From: a virus
Taxonomy: Duplodnaviria; Caudoviricetes
Direction: 5' to 3' (one strand)
DNA: 36,638 nucleotides
IMG/VR virus record: IMGVR_UViG_3300038549_000053
Span: 1-36,638 of that record
The first letter of the stretch is position 1. Each line of letters begins with the position of its first letter. The notes under the pieces are model-generated. The model did not search any database. It was not told the origin of the DNA and worked only from the letters and a program-made list of their open reading frames with translations. This document shows positions 1 to 7,874 of the stretch, piece by piece. The translations under genes and the position numbers were made by a program.

Positions 1-193
1 GATCGCTGTCGCGGCGGCTTATGGACAGATGCCAACCGGGCCGTTCCGCTTGCGGTGGATCGCGCGACACGATGATTCGACAGGCTTCCATGCTGTAAAC
101 CCGTGCGCCAATCTCCCGCAGCATCGGTGGCAACTTCACCGCCCACTCGGTTCTTTCCACGATGGCCACGTCCCTGTCGATCCGATCGCTCAT
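1..193 (-). CDS. Phage hypothetical protein, runs off window edge (MSDRIDRDVAIV...GWHLSISRRDSD)
   Basis: Manual translation from ATG at 193, directly after the stop of 199..435; WHLSIS motif is common in small phage proteins. Confidence 0.6.
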   Translation of the reverse strand, partial: MSDRIDRDVAIVERTEWAVKLPPMLREIGARVYSMEACRIIVSRDPPQAERPGWHLSISRRDSD

Positions 194-198
194 GCGTG

Positions 199-435
199 CT
201 ATTGCTCGTTGCGTATATCTTTCAACTTCTTCGGCGCTGGCAGTGGTTGCCCGGTCGCCGCTTCCAAAGCTTCAACGATATCCTTGAGCGTTTCCCCGTA
301 TACGATCATCACGTCATCCGTGCCACCGAGTTCCGCCAACGACAGCACGATCGGCTTTCCCTCTTTGAGACGTTTGACGTTCTCGCTATCAATGCCAAGC
401 AGGAAAACGCCATTGCTCAAACGGGCGCGGATCAT
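199..435 (-). CDS. Phage hypothetical protein
   Basis: 78 aa ORF abutting its neighbours; protein-like composition. Confidence 0.7.
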   Translation of the reverse strand: MIRARLSNGVFLLGIDSENVKRLKEGKPIVLSLAELGGTDDVMIVYGETLKDIVEALEAATGQPLPAPKKLKDIRNEQ

Positions 436-648
436 TCACGCATGCCCGGCTGGTGTTTCCACATCCGTTTCAATGATGTCGGCGAGTCTGCGCAATAGCT
501 GCGGCAGGTTCAACGCCAGGGCTTCGCTGGTTTGTACCGAGAACCCACTACCCTTTTTACCGTCGATCACGATCACAATCGCACCTTCGGCGTCGGTGGC
601 GAGCCTCACGGCGCTGCATTCGTCGTCGTACCGCCCCGCCCCCTTCAT
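436..648 (-). CDS. Phage hypothetical protein
   Basis: 70 aa; ATGA overlap with upstream ORF. Confidence 0.7.
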   Translation of the reverse strand: MKGAGRYDDECSAVRLATDAEGAIVIVIDGKKGSGFSVQTSEALALNLPQLLRRLADIIETDVETPAGHA

Positions 649-875
649 AGCCCGGCGAGGCGTTGCGCCTTCAGGCTCGCGGCAAGCTCGATCATGCGTT
701 GGCCAAACTCGCGCGCGCCTTCCTCATCGAAGGTGAGCCATGCGATCTTCTTGCCGAAGTCGATCACGACACGCTTGCCCGTCGTGGTGAATCCCAAGTT
801 AATCGCGCCTTCGCCATTCTCCGAAATCTCGCCGCCGGGGAACGTCGTTTCGGCTTGTCGCTTTTCGTCTGTCAT
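645..875 (-). CDS. Phage hypothetical protein
   Basis: 76 aa; ATGA overlaps at both ends. Confidence 0.7.
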   Translation of the reverse strand: MTDEKRQAETTFPGGEISENGEGAINLGFTTTGKRVVIDFGKKIAWLTFDEEGAREFGQRMIELAASLKAQRLAGL

Positions 876-1198
876 GTCCCGACAACCCTTAGCGTTCCCT
901 TGTATCGGTTCTTCATGTGGCGGTGCATCCTTTCGGCTTCATCCCACGTCGGACACCGCTTGCACTCGATCATCTCACCGCGATCAAAGACCCCCGTTTC
1001 GAACAGCAACGGCGGCCCACTGCCCCATTGATGATCGACCCCGAGAAAGACCGTGCTCACGATGTACCGCTTGCCGTTGCGCTCAATCTCTTCTTGCCTT
1101 ATGACGCGATCGGCGGTTTCTAACCACTGCGCCCACTTGAACAAGTCCGGCTCCTGAACCGCTTCGTGTCCCTTCAAGATGTAGCGGTAACAGACCAT
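872..1198 (-). CDS. Conserved phage hypothetical protein (VSTVFLGxDH...PLLFET motif)
   Basis: Recognisable small-phage-protein motif; likely ATG at 1198. Confidence 0.75.
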   Translation of the reverse strand: MVCYRYILKGHEAVQEPDLFKWAQWLETADRVIRQEEIERNGKRYIVSTVFLGVDHQWGSGPPLLFETGVFDRGEMIECKRCPTWDEAERMHRHMKNRYKGTLRVVGT

Positions 1199-1377
1199 CC
1201 TTTCTTTGCTGCGTAAGCGCGAACCTTGCTTTCCGGCCAACCCATCATGTAGCGCAGGATCGGTGCGGCCTTTGTCACCTTCCCCTTCACGATCACCCCG
1301 GCGTTGAAGTGCGGGGCATCGATGCTGAACACCGCCCCCGTGCTTCGTTCCGCGTCCGAGTCCGTTTCATTAAGCAT
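1174..1377 (-). CDS. Phage hypothetical protein (IDAPHFNAG...AAPILRYM.GW)
   Basis: 67 aa; first gene of the leftward run. Confidence 0.7.
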   Translation of the reverse strand: MLNETDSDAERSTGAVFSIDAPHFNAGVIVKGKVTKAAPILRYMMGWPESKVRAYAAKKGWSVTATS

Positions 1378-1396
1378 GGGGGGCGGCTCAGCGGAT

Positions 1397-1415
1397 GGAT
1401 TACAGCATGTAATCC
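1397..1415. promoter_or_regulatory. Palindromic operator GGATTACA-GCA-TGTAATCC
   Basis: Perfect 8-bp inverted repeat upstream of the leftward genes; same core recurs elsewhere in the window. Confidence 0.55.
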
Positions 1416-1568
1416 GGGATAGGGGAAGTGTACAGAATTGGACACGGTACTAGCACGCGATCACGAAGGCCGGCCCCCCTCGCCGGACCATCCCCCGGTC
1501 GGGGGTGGGGGCTTAGCTAGGGGGAGGGTCGCGCGTGATTCCTACTCGATCGCGCCGGCGTTGGGTTG

Positions 1569-2171
1569 TTAACCCTCCGTAGTTTCCGACGATTCAAGCA
1601 TTTGCGTGTCGTTGGGGTCACTGCGGGGCAAACCTGGCCCCGATGACAGACCCACAACCTGGAATTGAACGGCAACGTCTGACCGTGCGTTCACTTCAAG
1701 GTAATGGCCATAGACTCGGCGCAACACGCGCTCAGCTAGCCATTTGATGTTATCGCAGTGCAGACGCGCGCGGTTAATCTCAACGTTCCTAAGCTTATGA
1801 TTGTCGTACTGTTTTCCTGCTTCCTCGACGATTTGTTCCATGGCATCGACTCGCGCCTGAATGTAGCAAGCGCGCGCACGGTGAAAAACGTCTGAAAGAA
1901 CGTCAGAAGCTATTGATTTACGAAGCAAAGTTGAGTACTTAACTTTTGCAGCATCGCAAGCTTTTTGTAGCGGTATTCCTTCCGCGTGCATCGCCATGAC
2001 TTGCGCAAACTGTAGCGCGTTGATCTTGGCGCCCGATCCTGGCCATGCTTCTAGAGCATTGCGCAAATCGTGAAGCTCGAACCCGCGCCACGTTTTAAGC
2101 GCGTCCGCTCTTACGCGTTCAAGTCTGGCATTTATAGCCGCTTTCCGTCGTTCATTCTGCGCAACTTTCAT
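1569..2171 (-). CDS. terS: Terminase small subunit (Sf6-like)
   Basis: HTH-like N-half plus ARLHCDNIKWLAERVLRRVYG, matching the family's 'ARL..D..KW.A.+...YG' signature. Confidence 0.8.
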   Translation of the reverse strand: MKVAQNERRKAAINARLERVRADALKTWRGFELHDLRNALEAWPGSGAKINALQFAQVMAMHAEGIPLQKACDAAKVKYSTLLRKSIASDVLSDVFHRARACYIQARVDAMEQIVEEAGKQYDNHKLRNVEINRARLHCDNIKWLAERVLRRVYGHYLEVNARSDVAVQFQVVGLSSGPGLPRSDPNDTQMLESSETTEG

Positions 2172-2178
2172 TAATTCA

Positions 2179-2191
2179 AATCAATAGCTTA
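2179..2191 (+). promoter_or_regulatory. IHF consensus site AATCAATAGCTTA
   Basis: Exact WATCAANNNNTTR match just upstream of terS. Confidence 0.45.
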
Positions 2192-2220
2192 AACCGTTGG
2201 TCGGATAGTTCTAGATATAC

Positions 2221-2256
2221 CTTGCATTACTGCAAGCAGACATTACAATGTGTAGT
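2221..2256 (+). promoter_or_regulatory. Sigma70-like promoter of the plus-strand island with overlapping inverted repeats
   Basis: TTGCAT(2222)-16 nt-TACAAT(2244); CTTGCA-N4-TGCAAG over the -35; ATTACA-ATG-TGTAGT over the -10. Confidence 0.55.
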
Positions 2257-2291
2257 GTAGCTAGTCACTCAACACATCCGGAGCACACACC

Positions 2292-2366
2292 ATGCACACC
2301 TACACCATGAATCGCTTTTTTTTCTACGGTTTCGGCGCTGTTCTTGCTGTAGCCGTCTTGTTTTAA
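2292..2366 (+). CDS. 24 aa hydrophobic peptide MHTYTMNRFFFYGFGAVLAVAVLF
   Basis: GGAG RBS; fills the gap between promoter and DUF932 gene. Confidence 0.45.
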   Translation: MHTYTMNRFFFYGFGAVLAVAVLF

Positions 2367-2391
2367 CCCCAACTCTTGGAGTAATAGAACC

Positions 2392-3222
2392 ATGTTTCAT
2401 TCATCCTACAATGTGAAAACCCAGCGCGCCCCGCTTAGCGACGTTGAATTGCGCCGCTATTCCCCGTCGATATTCGCCGAACACGAACACTCGCGCATGT
2501 CTGACCGGTACGGCTTCATTCCTACGATTCGCGTTGTTGAGGCTTTGCGCGCCGCGGGCTGGCAACCGGTACAAGCGAGCGACCAGCGCGTGCGCCTTGA
2601 GGATCGCAAGGGATTTACCCGGCATCTTGTACGCTTTCAGCATGCCGACGCTAAGGCGTTGTCCGTGGTCAACGATAGCATTCCTGAATTGGTGCTATTG
2701 AACTCGCACGACGGCACGAGCGCCTATCAGATGCACGCCGGTCTTTTCCGTTTAGTCTGCTCTAATGGCCTAGTAGTCGCAGACTCGACTTTCTCGAAAA
2801 TCAGTATAAAGCACTCGGGCGACGTTATCGGCCGCGTCATTGATGCGACTGCCGAGATTATCCGCGAAGTACCGCGCATAACCAGCCAAGTGCAGGAAAT
2901 GCAAGCGATTGCACTGACAGATAACGAACGGGTGGCTTTCGCTGATTCTGCTTTGGTCCTTCGCGATTCGACGTTACCCCTTGACCCTAACCAAGTATTG
3001 CGCCCGCGTCGTTACGCGGACAACGGCCGCGACTTGTGGGCGACGTTCAACACAGTGCAAGAAAACCTAATCCGTGGCGGTTTACGGTCGCGCAGTGCAA
3101 CCGGACGGCGCGCCAGCACGCGCGCGGTTACGTCAATCAACGAGGACACCAAACTAAATAAAGCCCTTTGGTCGCTCGCCGAGAAAATGGCCGAACTGAA
3201 AGGCCACAAACTGGCGGCTTAG
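2392..3222 (+). CDS. DUF932/DUF945 family phage/plasmid protein
   Basis: S.RY.FIPT..V, H.VRF, LLNSHDGTSAYQMHAGLFRLVCSNGL, LW.TFN.VQENL, N.ALW motifs. Confidence 0.9.
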   Translation: MFHSSYNVKTQRAPLSDVELRRYSPSIFAEHEHSRMSDRYGFIPTIRVVEALRAAGWQPVQASDQRVRLEDRKGFTRHLVRFQHADAKALSVVNDSIPELVLLNSHDGTSAYQMHAGLFRLVCSNGLVVADSTFSKISIKHSGDVIGRVIDATAEIIREVPRITSQVQEMQAIALTDNERVAFADSALVLRDSTLPLDPNQVLRPRRYADNGRDLWATFNTVQENLIRGGLRSRSATGRRASTRAVTSINEDTKLNKALWSLAEKMAELKGHKLAA

Positions 3223-3271
3223 TGTTCGCGTTAGGCGTCTGAGCAATCGGACGCCTACCGGGAAACACTAA
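3219..3271 (+). other. Long interrupted stem-loop with GCAA tetraloop (possible RNase III-type site)
   Basis: TTAGTGTT/AACACTAA lower stem; 11-bp upper stem TAGGCGTCTGA-GCAA-TCGGACGCCTA; no U tract. Confidence 0.6.
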
Positions 3272-3295
3272 ATCCATTGAACAGGAGAGCAAAAC

Positions 3296-3532
3296 GTGAG
3301 CAAGACCTACACAGTATTAATAACCCTTAGCGGGCGTCAACCGGCAGACTTAAAGGCACTTGCCGACCGGATAGCGGCAGACCTTGAAACCGGAACGGTG
3401 TCTGGCGCGTCTTTCTCTTCGGCCCAGTGCGATGTTTTCGAGGGAGATTGCACAGATGCGAAGAAATTACCCCGCGAAGGATTCAAAGCGCGGAAATTGC
3501 ACGGCGAGCTATCCGCAAACGGCAGCGACTAA
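3296..3532 (+). CDS. Hypothetical protein
   Basis: AGGAG RBS, GTG start, 78 aa. Confidence 0.7.
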   Translation: MSKTYTVLITLSGRQPADLKALADRIAADLETGTVSGASFSSAQCDVFEGDCTDAKKLPREGFKARKLHGELSANGSD

Positions 3533-3578
3533 TTAGGTATCTGCGCGGCCAAACTGCAAACCATGGAGAAATAACCCA

Positions 3579-4334
3579 ATGACACACAACAAACGCAAAC
3601 ACCGTGAAGCAATCCGCGAACGCGCGGCCGATGCGTTGCGCGATCTATACCACAACGCAACCCCTAACTATCCATCCCTCGACGATAAAGAGGGCGCCGA
3701 GTTTCAGGCGTGGTTCGAGGATGCCGCCGAATCTGAAATTGACTATTTACGCGATGGCGGGGCATACGGCACCGACTACCGCAAGACCCTAGCGGCACCA
3801 TGCAACGCCGGACGCTATCAGTCGGAAAAGGCGCGCGCCTATTACATCGAGCGCGGCATGCGCAAGATGCGCGAAGAGCGCGACGACTGCGGCGCGTTGC
3901 AAGGCTGGCACATGGTAGAACTCGCGGCCGGTAACAAAACACTAGCGCGCGCTCTAAAACGGATTTTCAGAAACCGCACGCCAAAACGCAATAACGCCCT
4001 TTGGGAATTCATCGGCGAATACGGGAAGCTTTACCAATATGGGCGCGGCGGGCGCACTCTAGCGCCAGATGATCTAGTGCGCTCGCGCGGTATGTCTTGG
4101 GGCATTCGCGAGGATTACGCCGAGGAAATCTCAATCGCCGCTTGCGTGCGATTAATTCAAATCGTCGAATCGTTTAATCGGTACGTCGCCGAGTGGTGCC
4201 GGTCGGTGCCGGAACAATGGGCGGAAGTAGTACGCGAACGCAAAGCGGAAGAGCGCGCGCAGCGTCGCGCATGCTTGGCCAAGTTACGCGCGGCTAAGCA
4301 GATGCGCGAGCGCTGCGAGACCTACGCGGGATAA
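3579..4334 (+). CDS. Hypothetical protein
   Basis: GGAG RBS; 251 aa. Confidence 0.8.
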   Translation: MTHNKRKHREAIRERAADALRDLYHNATPNYPSLDDKEGAEFQAWFEDAAESEIDYLRDGGAYGTDYRKTLAAPCNAGRYQSEKARAYYIERGMRKMREERDDCGALQGWHMVELAAGNKTLARALKRIFRNRTPKRNNALWEFIGEYGKLYQYGRGGRTLAPDDLVRSRGMSWGIREDYAEEISIAACVRLIQIVESFNRYVAEWCRSVPEQWAEVVRERKAEERAQRRACLAKLRAAKQMRERCETYAG

Positions 4335-4335
4335 C

Positions 4336-4383
4336 TGCTAGTGCGCCCTAGCTGTTAGGGCGCACTGTCGGCAATCCTGCCGA
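4336..4383 (+). other. Intergenic double stem-loop
   Basis: AGTGCGCCCTA-GCTGT-TAGGGCGCACT followed by TCGGCA-ATCC-TGCCGA just before the RBS. Confidence 0.6.
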
Positions 4384-4399
4384 GACACGGAGACACACA

Positions 4400-4684
4400 A
4401 TGCAAAATCCTGAACCCTTGGAATGGGCCGCGCTATGGTCCGCGATGGAAAACGAACCTAGCGCATGGATCGAAACGACGGCCGCGATGTATGACGAAAT
4501 GTTAAACGCTCTTCCGCCGCGCGCGATGGGCGCCGGCGCGTTTTTGGTCGGTGAACCCTACACGTACAACAACAACGGCGAAGCCGTTTATGCGTGTTTT
4601 GCGCAAGTCGGCCGCGACCGGTTCAAGGCGCGTTATTTGACAGTGCGCGAGTTTCGCGCGAGGGGGGCCAATGTTCCAGCCTAA
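4400..4684 (+). CDS. DUF1419-like protein
   Basis: E...Y.EMLN.LPP....F.VGEP......Y..F pattern; GGAG RBS. Confidence 0.6.
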   Translation: MQNPEPLEWAALWSAMENEPSAWIETTAAMYDEMLNALPPRAMGAGAFLVGEPYTYNNNGEAVYACFAQVGRDRFKARYLTVREFRARGANVPA

Positions 4685-4961
4685 GCACGGGTTAAGCTTT
4701 TTGATTCGCACACAAGCCGCCGCGTATGAACACGAGCGGCGCGCTTACAACGTCCCGCCTGGCGTCGGCATCGGTTGGACTCCCTACAAAATCCTAATTA
4801 CAGACGGGGCGATATCGTATTGCGCCTTTCATTCGGTCCGCGATTTCCGCCGTTGGTTGGGCGGATCGTTTCGCGTTTCGCTTACTGGCGGTTATAGGCG
4901 CATTCGGTATGGGCGCATCATCGCCAAGGATGAGGGAAGCAAACATGTCCAGCCTATTTGA
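4671..4961 (+). CDS. Hypothetical protein
   Basis: Overlaps flanking genes; GGGGG RBS. Confidence 0.6.
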   Translation: MFQPKHGLSFLIRTQAAAYEHERRAYNVPPGVGIGWTPYKILITDGAISYCAFHSVRDFRRWLGGSFRVSLTGGYRRIRYGRIIAKDEGSKHVQPI

Positions 4962-5133
4962 TGACGTAAAAGCCCGCGCCATTCCTTACGCTTCGCATGA
5001 GTCCGACCTTTACTTACCGGACACGCCAGAAGTGCGCGCATTGCTCGCGGCCCACAATCGAACGGCGCAACCGTTTATCAACCAAGTAGAAGGCGGGCAA
5101 TGGCTCGATGTCCCATTTGCCTATATCCCTTGA
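4945..5133 (+). CDS. Hypothetical protein (HESDLY motif); frame stays open past TGA to 5259
   Basis: GAGG RBS; ends FAYIP-TGA, then WEARAKR...CAECGEQWPC. Confidence 0.65.
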   Translation: MSSLFDDVKARAIPYASHESDLYLPDTPEVRALLAAHNRTAQPFINQVEGGQWLDVPFAYIP

Positions 5134-5269
5134 TGGGAAGCGCGCGCCAAACGACAGGTCGCACATTGCGCCGAGTGTGGCGAACAGTGGCCATGCAGTG
5201 ATAGCACGCGCACGGACATAAGGCCCACTTTGCGCGCGCGACACTATTGCAAGGTGTAATATTCGCGCG

Positions 5270-5317
5270 TTGCCTTAATGCCCATTGGCAACAGTGGGCA
5301 TTGTGGCAATTGTGCCA
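5270..5317 (+). other. Intergenic stem-loop with GCAA tetraloop and an alternative 3' hairpin
   Basis: AATGCCCATTG-GCAA-CAGTGGGCATT; TTGCC/GGCAA outer stem competes with TGGCA-ATTG-TGCCA. Confidence 0.6.
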
Positions 5318-5334
5318 ACTACGAGGGATTACCA

Positions 5335-5535
5335 ATGGCGAGACAAACGCTAAACGACACCGAGCGCGCGCAGTGGATCGACAACGACGAGGGGCTATAT
5401 AACTGGTGGCGCTCTTCGCGGCAATCCAAACGCGCCTTTATCCGTGACAATCGCGCCGAACTAGATGCCTGTATCAATCGCGTTTTATCGGGCGCCAAGC
5501 CCGCCCATTATCTGGCCTATGGTAGCAACCGATGA
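5335..5535 (+). CDS. Phage hypothetical protein (WIDNDEGLY motif)
   Basis: GAGG RBS before ATG 5335. Confidence 0.75.
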   Translation: MARQTLNDTERAQWIDNDEGLYNWWRSSRQSKRAFIRDNRAELDACINRVLSGAKPAHYLAYGSNR

Positions 5536-5687
5536 AAGCCCTAGACACTGCCGCGCGCCGCGTGGGCGCGATCCTTTACGGATTATCGTGGTTGCTGTTC
5601 TTGTCGGTGCCGTTCGCTGCGTTCGCGTTCGATGTCCAGCTAGGCGCGGCCGTTACGCTTCTATGGGCGGCGCTATGGCCAAAATGA
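5532..5687 (+). CDS. 51 aa membrane protein, about two TM segments
   Basis: Manual translation MKALDTAARRVGAILYGLSWLLFLSVPFAAFAFDVQLGAAVTLLWAALWPK; ATGA coupling at both ends. Confidence 0.65.
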   Translation: MKALDTAARRVGAILYGLSWLLFLSVPFAAFAFDVQLGAAVTLLWAALWPK

Positions 5688-5794
5688 CACACAGGGCAAG
5701 GCTGCGGGCTTGCTATACCCTGGCGCTGTTCCTGGGCGCCCCATGGACGGCCGGCAGTGTCGGCCTAGCTATCGCGAGGCGCCGGCATGCCTAG
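5684..5794 (+). CDS. 36 aa hydrophobic peptide
   Basis: ATGA-coupled; MTHRARLRACYTLALFLGAPWTAGSVGLAIARRRHA. Confidence 0.5.
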   Translation: MTHRARLRACYTLALFLGAPWTAGSVGLAIARRRHA

Positions 5795-6032
5795 ATGCAA
5801 GACCAAACACGCGACCGGCGAAGAACTGCGCGCGCTGCTTGAACGCTACGGGCTACGCGGCAACCCCGCCAGTGCCATGGTGGCCGACTTGTTGCGCGTG
5901 TCTCAGACATCCGTTCAGGGTTACTATTCGCGCGGACTGCGGCGCAACGATCTGGACCTGTTGGCCTACCGGCTGGCCGAGGCGTTTTCGAAAAACCTGC
6001 GTAAGCCGACGAATCAGGAAAAACTTGCGTAA
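5787..6032 (+). CDS. Small HTH DNA-binding protein, last gene of island (Aca-like position)
   Basis: ELRALLERYGL...VADLLRVSQTSVQGY helix-turn-helix pattern. Confidence 0.65.
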   Translation: MPRCKTKHATGEELRALLERYGLRGNPASAMVADLLRVSQTSVQGYYSRGLRRNDLDLLAYRLAEAFSKNLRKPTNQEKLA

Positions 6033-6063
6033 CTAAAATCGGAAATTCGAAATCCGAAATCCC

Positions 6064-6092
6064 AAAAGAAAAGCCCGCGCGAGGCGGGCTTT
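6064..6092. terminator. Intrinsic terminator (tR'-like, probably bidirectional)
   Basis: AAAGCCCGC-GCGAG-GCGGGCTTT with A/T-rich flanks between convergent units. Confidence 0.75.
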
Positions 6093-6136
6093 CAAGCCAC
6101 ACGAGGGTTGTCATGGGAACACTACGGGATGATGGG

Positions 6137-6166
6137 AATTTATGCCCTTTTCGCTGTTCCTGTCAA
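6137..6166 (-). promoter_or_regulatory. Late promoter (pR'-like)
   Basis: TTGACA-18 nt-TAAATT on the minus strand just downstream of the Q-like gene and upstream of a terminator. Confidence 0.65.
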
Positions 6167-6217
6167 TAGATACAGGCGTTTGCGGCCAAAACCCAAAAAC
6201 CTGCGTAAGGCGACGAA

Positions 6218-6769
6218 TCAGGAATCGCGCAGGCGGTGCGAAAAGCCGCGCCAAAAAAGCTCATCGTATAGGCCAAGCTGCGGAAAGACCCAATCGGCGT
6301 AGAAGCCCGCCCACCGGTTGGCCCAATACTTTCGGCCCATGCCGCTCGATCGGGCGCGCGTGGCCTCGCCCCAGGAACGCGGCCCCATGCCTTGGCACTC
6401 CGGGCAGACAACGATCAACTCAGGCCGTTCGGGATCGGGGATGCCTTCTTGCCCTCGGCACGTCGCGCACTGTTTGACGCGAGTGTATTCCCGTACACCG
6501 GTGCGGCAGACGCGAAACAACTCTTCGCCGTCGGCGTCTCGTGGCGTGCGGTTTTTGGAATTTAATTCAAGTTGTAGGCAAAAAATCAGATCGCGGCGGT
6601 AGATATCCTGGCCGGCATACATAACGCGCGCCAACAAGCGCGCACCGGCACTGGATATGAGCGCGAGCGCGAGTAAGACATCCTCGTTGCTCAGCACCGG
6701 CGGCCCGAGCCCGACCGTCCAGCCCGAGACCTTGGGATTGATCCTAGCGGCAAGCCGCGCGCAATTCAT
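6218..6769 (-). CDS. Q: Antitermination protein Q-like (lambda Q-type zinc finger)
   Basis: CATCRGQEG and CPECQGMG motifs; last gene of the early operon, before a promoter/terminator pair. Confidence 0.7.
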   Translation of the reverse strand: MNCARLAARINPKVSGWTVGLGPPVLSNEDVLLALALISSAGARLLARVMYAGQDIYRRDLIFCLQLELNSKNRTPRDADGEELFRVCRTGVREYTRVKQCATCRGQEGIPDPERPELIVVCPECQGMGPRSWGEATRARSSGMGRKYWANRWAGFYADWVFPQLGLYDELFWRGFSHRLRDS

Positions 6770-7052
6770 TTTGTTTCCCGTGAAACCGCGCGAAGTAATC
6801 GAGCGCGGCTTGGGCGTTGTCAAAGGTTAGGATGGTGCCCTGCCAAGTATCGTGAAAGCGCCGTTGCGCCGGCGTGTACTTCCATCCTACCGGACTGGCG
6901 TTCTTGATTTCGAGCAACTCATTTCGGCCGCGAAAGCCGACCACTAAATCGACAAAGCCGAAACCCACACTGGATGTCACCGCAACGCTCACGCCAAGCT
7001 CGCGCAGATCGCGCACAATGGCCGCTTGGTTGTGATCGGCGCGGTGTCTCAT
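6744..7052 (-). CDS. VRR-NUC / PD-(D/E)xK nuclease (resolvase-like)
   Basis: D.NQ..IV..LR..G..V, GFVDLVVG, LLEIK, TPAQ..F motifs. Confidence 0.8.
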   Translation of the reverse strand: MRHRADHNQAAIVRDLRELGVSVAVTSSVGFGFVDLVVGFRGRNELLEIKNASPVGWKYTPAQRRFHDTWQGTILTFDNAQAALDYFARFHGKQNELRAACR

Positions 7053-7675
7053 TGGTAGGCCATGGGCAGCAGATGATCGACATGCTCGGCCTTGGCCCAA
7101 TCGCGAAACCGGCTCGGCTCGATTTGGTTCCAGTGCTCAAAGCCCAATTGGTGTTTGACGGTTTGCCAACACCAATCTTCAATTTGATTGACGCGCTCTT
7201 GTTCCATATCGAGCGCCAGCGCGCTCTCGCCCTTGTCGTGTTGCAGGCGGTGGTGCGAGTCGCATAGGGGAATGGCGCTGTAGCTCGGCTTAATGCCGGT
7301 CCCCGCGCCCTCGGCGATGCGGCGCACATGCGCGGCCACCACGTCCCCGCCGTGCGGCCCGGCCTGCTCATGGCGCACCGCGCAGCGCTGTTGCGCGAGC
7401 CAATCGAGAAATTGGCGATCGTCGCCGACTTTCGGCCAGATAACCGGGATGCGGAAAAAGCCCGACTTGCGCAGTAACGCGGCTTGCGCGCCGTATTGAC
7501 CGAGCGGCTTTTGGTTGACAATGGAGAAAGCGACGGCGACTTGCTCGCCGATACGCGGCAGGAAAGTCGCGATCAAGGCGGCGTATTCTTGTGGGACGGC
7601 GAGGGTCAGCAACGCCTCTTGCGTGCTCGCTCGGGAGCGCACGGCATCGACGGTGACGATAACGGCATCGCTCAT
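7049..7675 (-). CDS. DUF968-like HNH/zinc nuclease
   Basis: FLDWL..Q.C, AAHVR, GTGIKP..SAIPLC..HH..QH. Confidence 0.75.
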   Translation of the reverse strand: MSDAVIVTVDAVRSRASTQEALLTLAVPQEYAALIATFLPRIGEQVAVAFSIVNQKPLGQYGAQAALLRKSGFFRIPVIWPKVGDDRQFLDWLAQQRCAVRHEQAGPHGGDVVAAHVRRIAEGAGTGIKPSYSAIPLCDSHHRLQHDKGESALALDMEQERVNQIEDWCWQTVKHQLGFEHWNQIEPSRFRDWAKAEHVDHLLPMAYQ

Positions 7676-7869
7676 GCGTGCAACCGTTGAATCGTAAGAC
7701 CGCGCAAAAAGATACGATCCTCGCGGATGATCCCCTGGCCGGTAGTTTTCAACAAATCGAACTGCGTAGGCGTCAAGCGCAACTCACGCACGTTTGGCGC
7801 CAAAGCCTGAAAGCGATCAATCTCCGTCAACAAGTGCAAGGCTTCTTTGGGAATACGTTGCGCTTTCAT
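7672..7869 (-). CDS. Hypothetical protein
   Basis: 65 aa; ATGA-coupled to the next gene. Confidence 0.6.
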   Translation of the reverse strand: MKAQRIPKEALHLLTEIDRFQALAPNVRELRLTPTQFDLLKTTGQGIIREDRIFLRGLTIQRLHA

Positions 7870-7874
7870 CCGTT

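Larger units (their letters stand above)
5991..6224 (+). repeat. 30-bp direct repeat AAAAACCTGCGTAAG(C/G)CGACGAATCAGGAA at 5991-6020 and 6195-6224
   Basis: 29/30 identity by eye; partial third copy at 6019-6032. Confidence 0.85.

Noticed and set aside
5131-5133. Alternative genetic code or selenocysteine
   Set aside because: Many genes here end in TGA with ATGA coupling; the context suggests Trp rather than Sec
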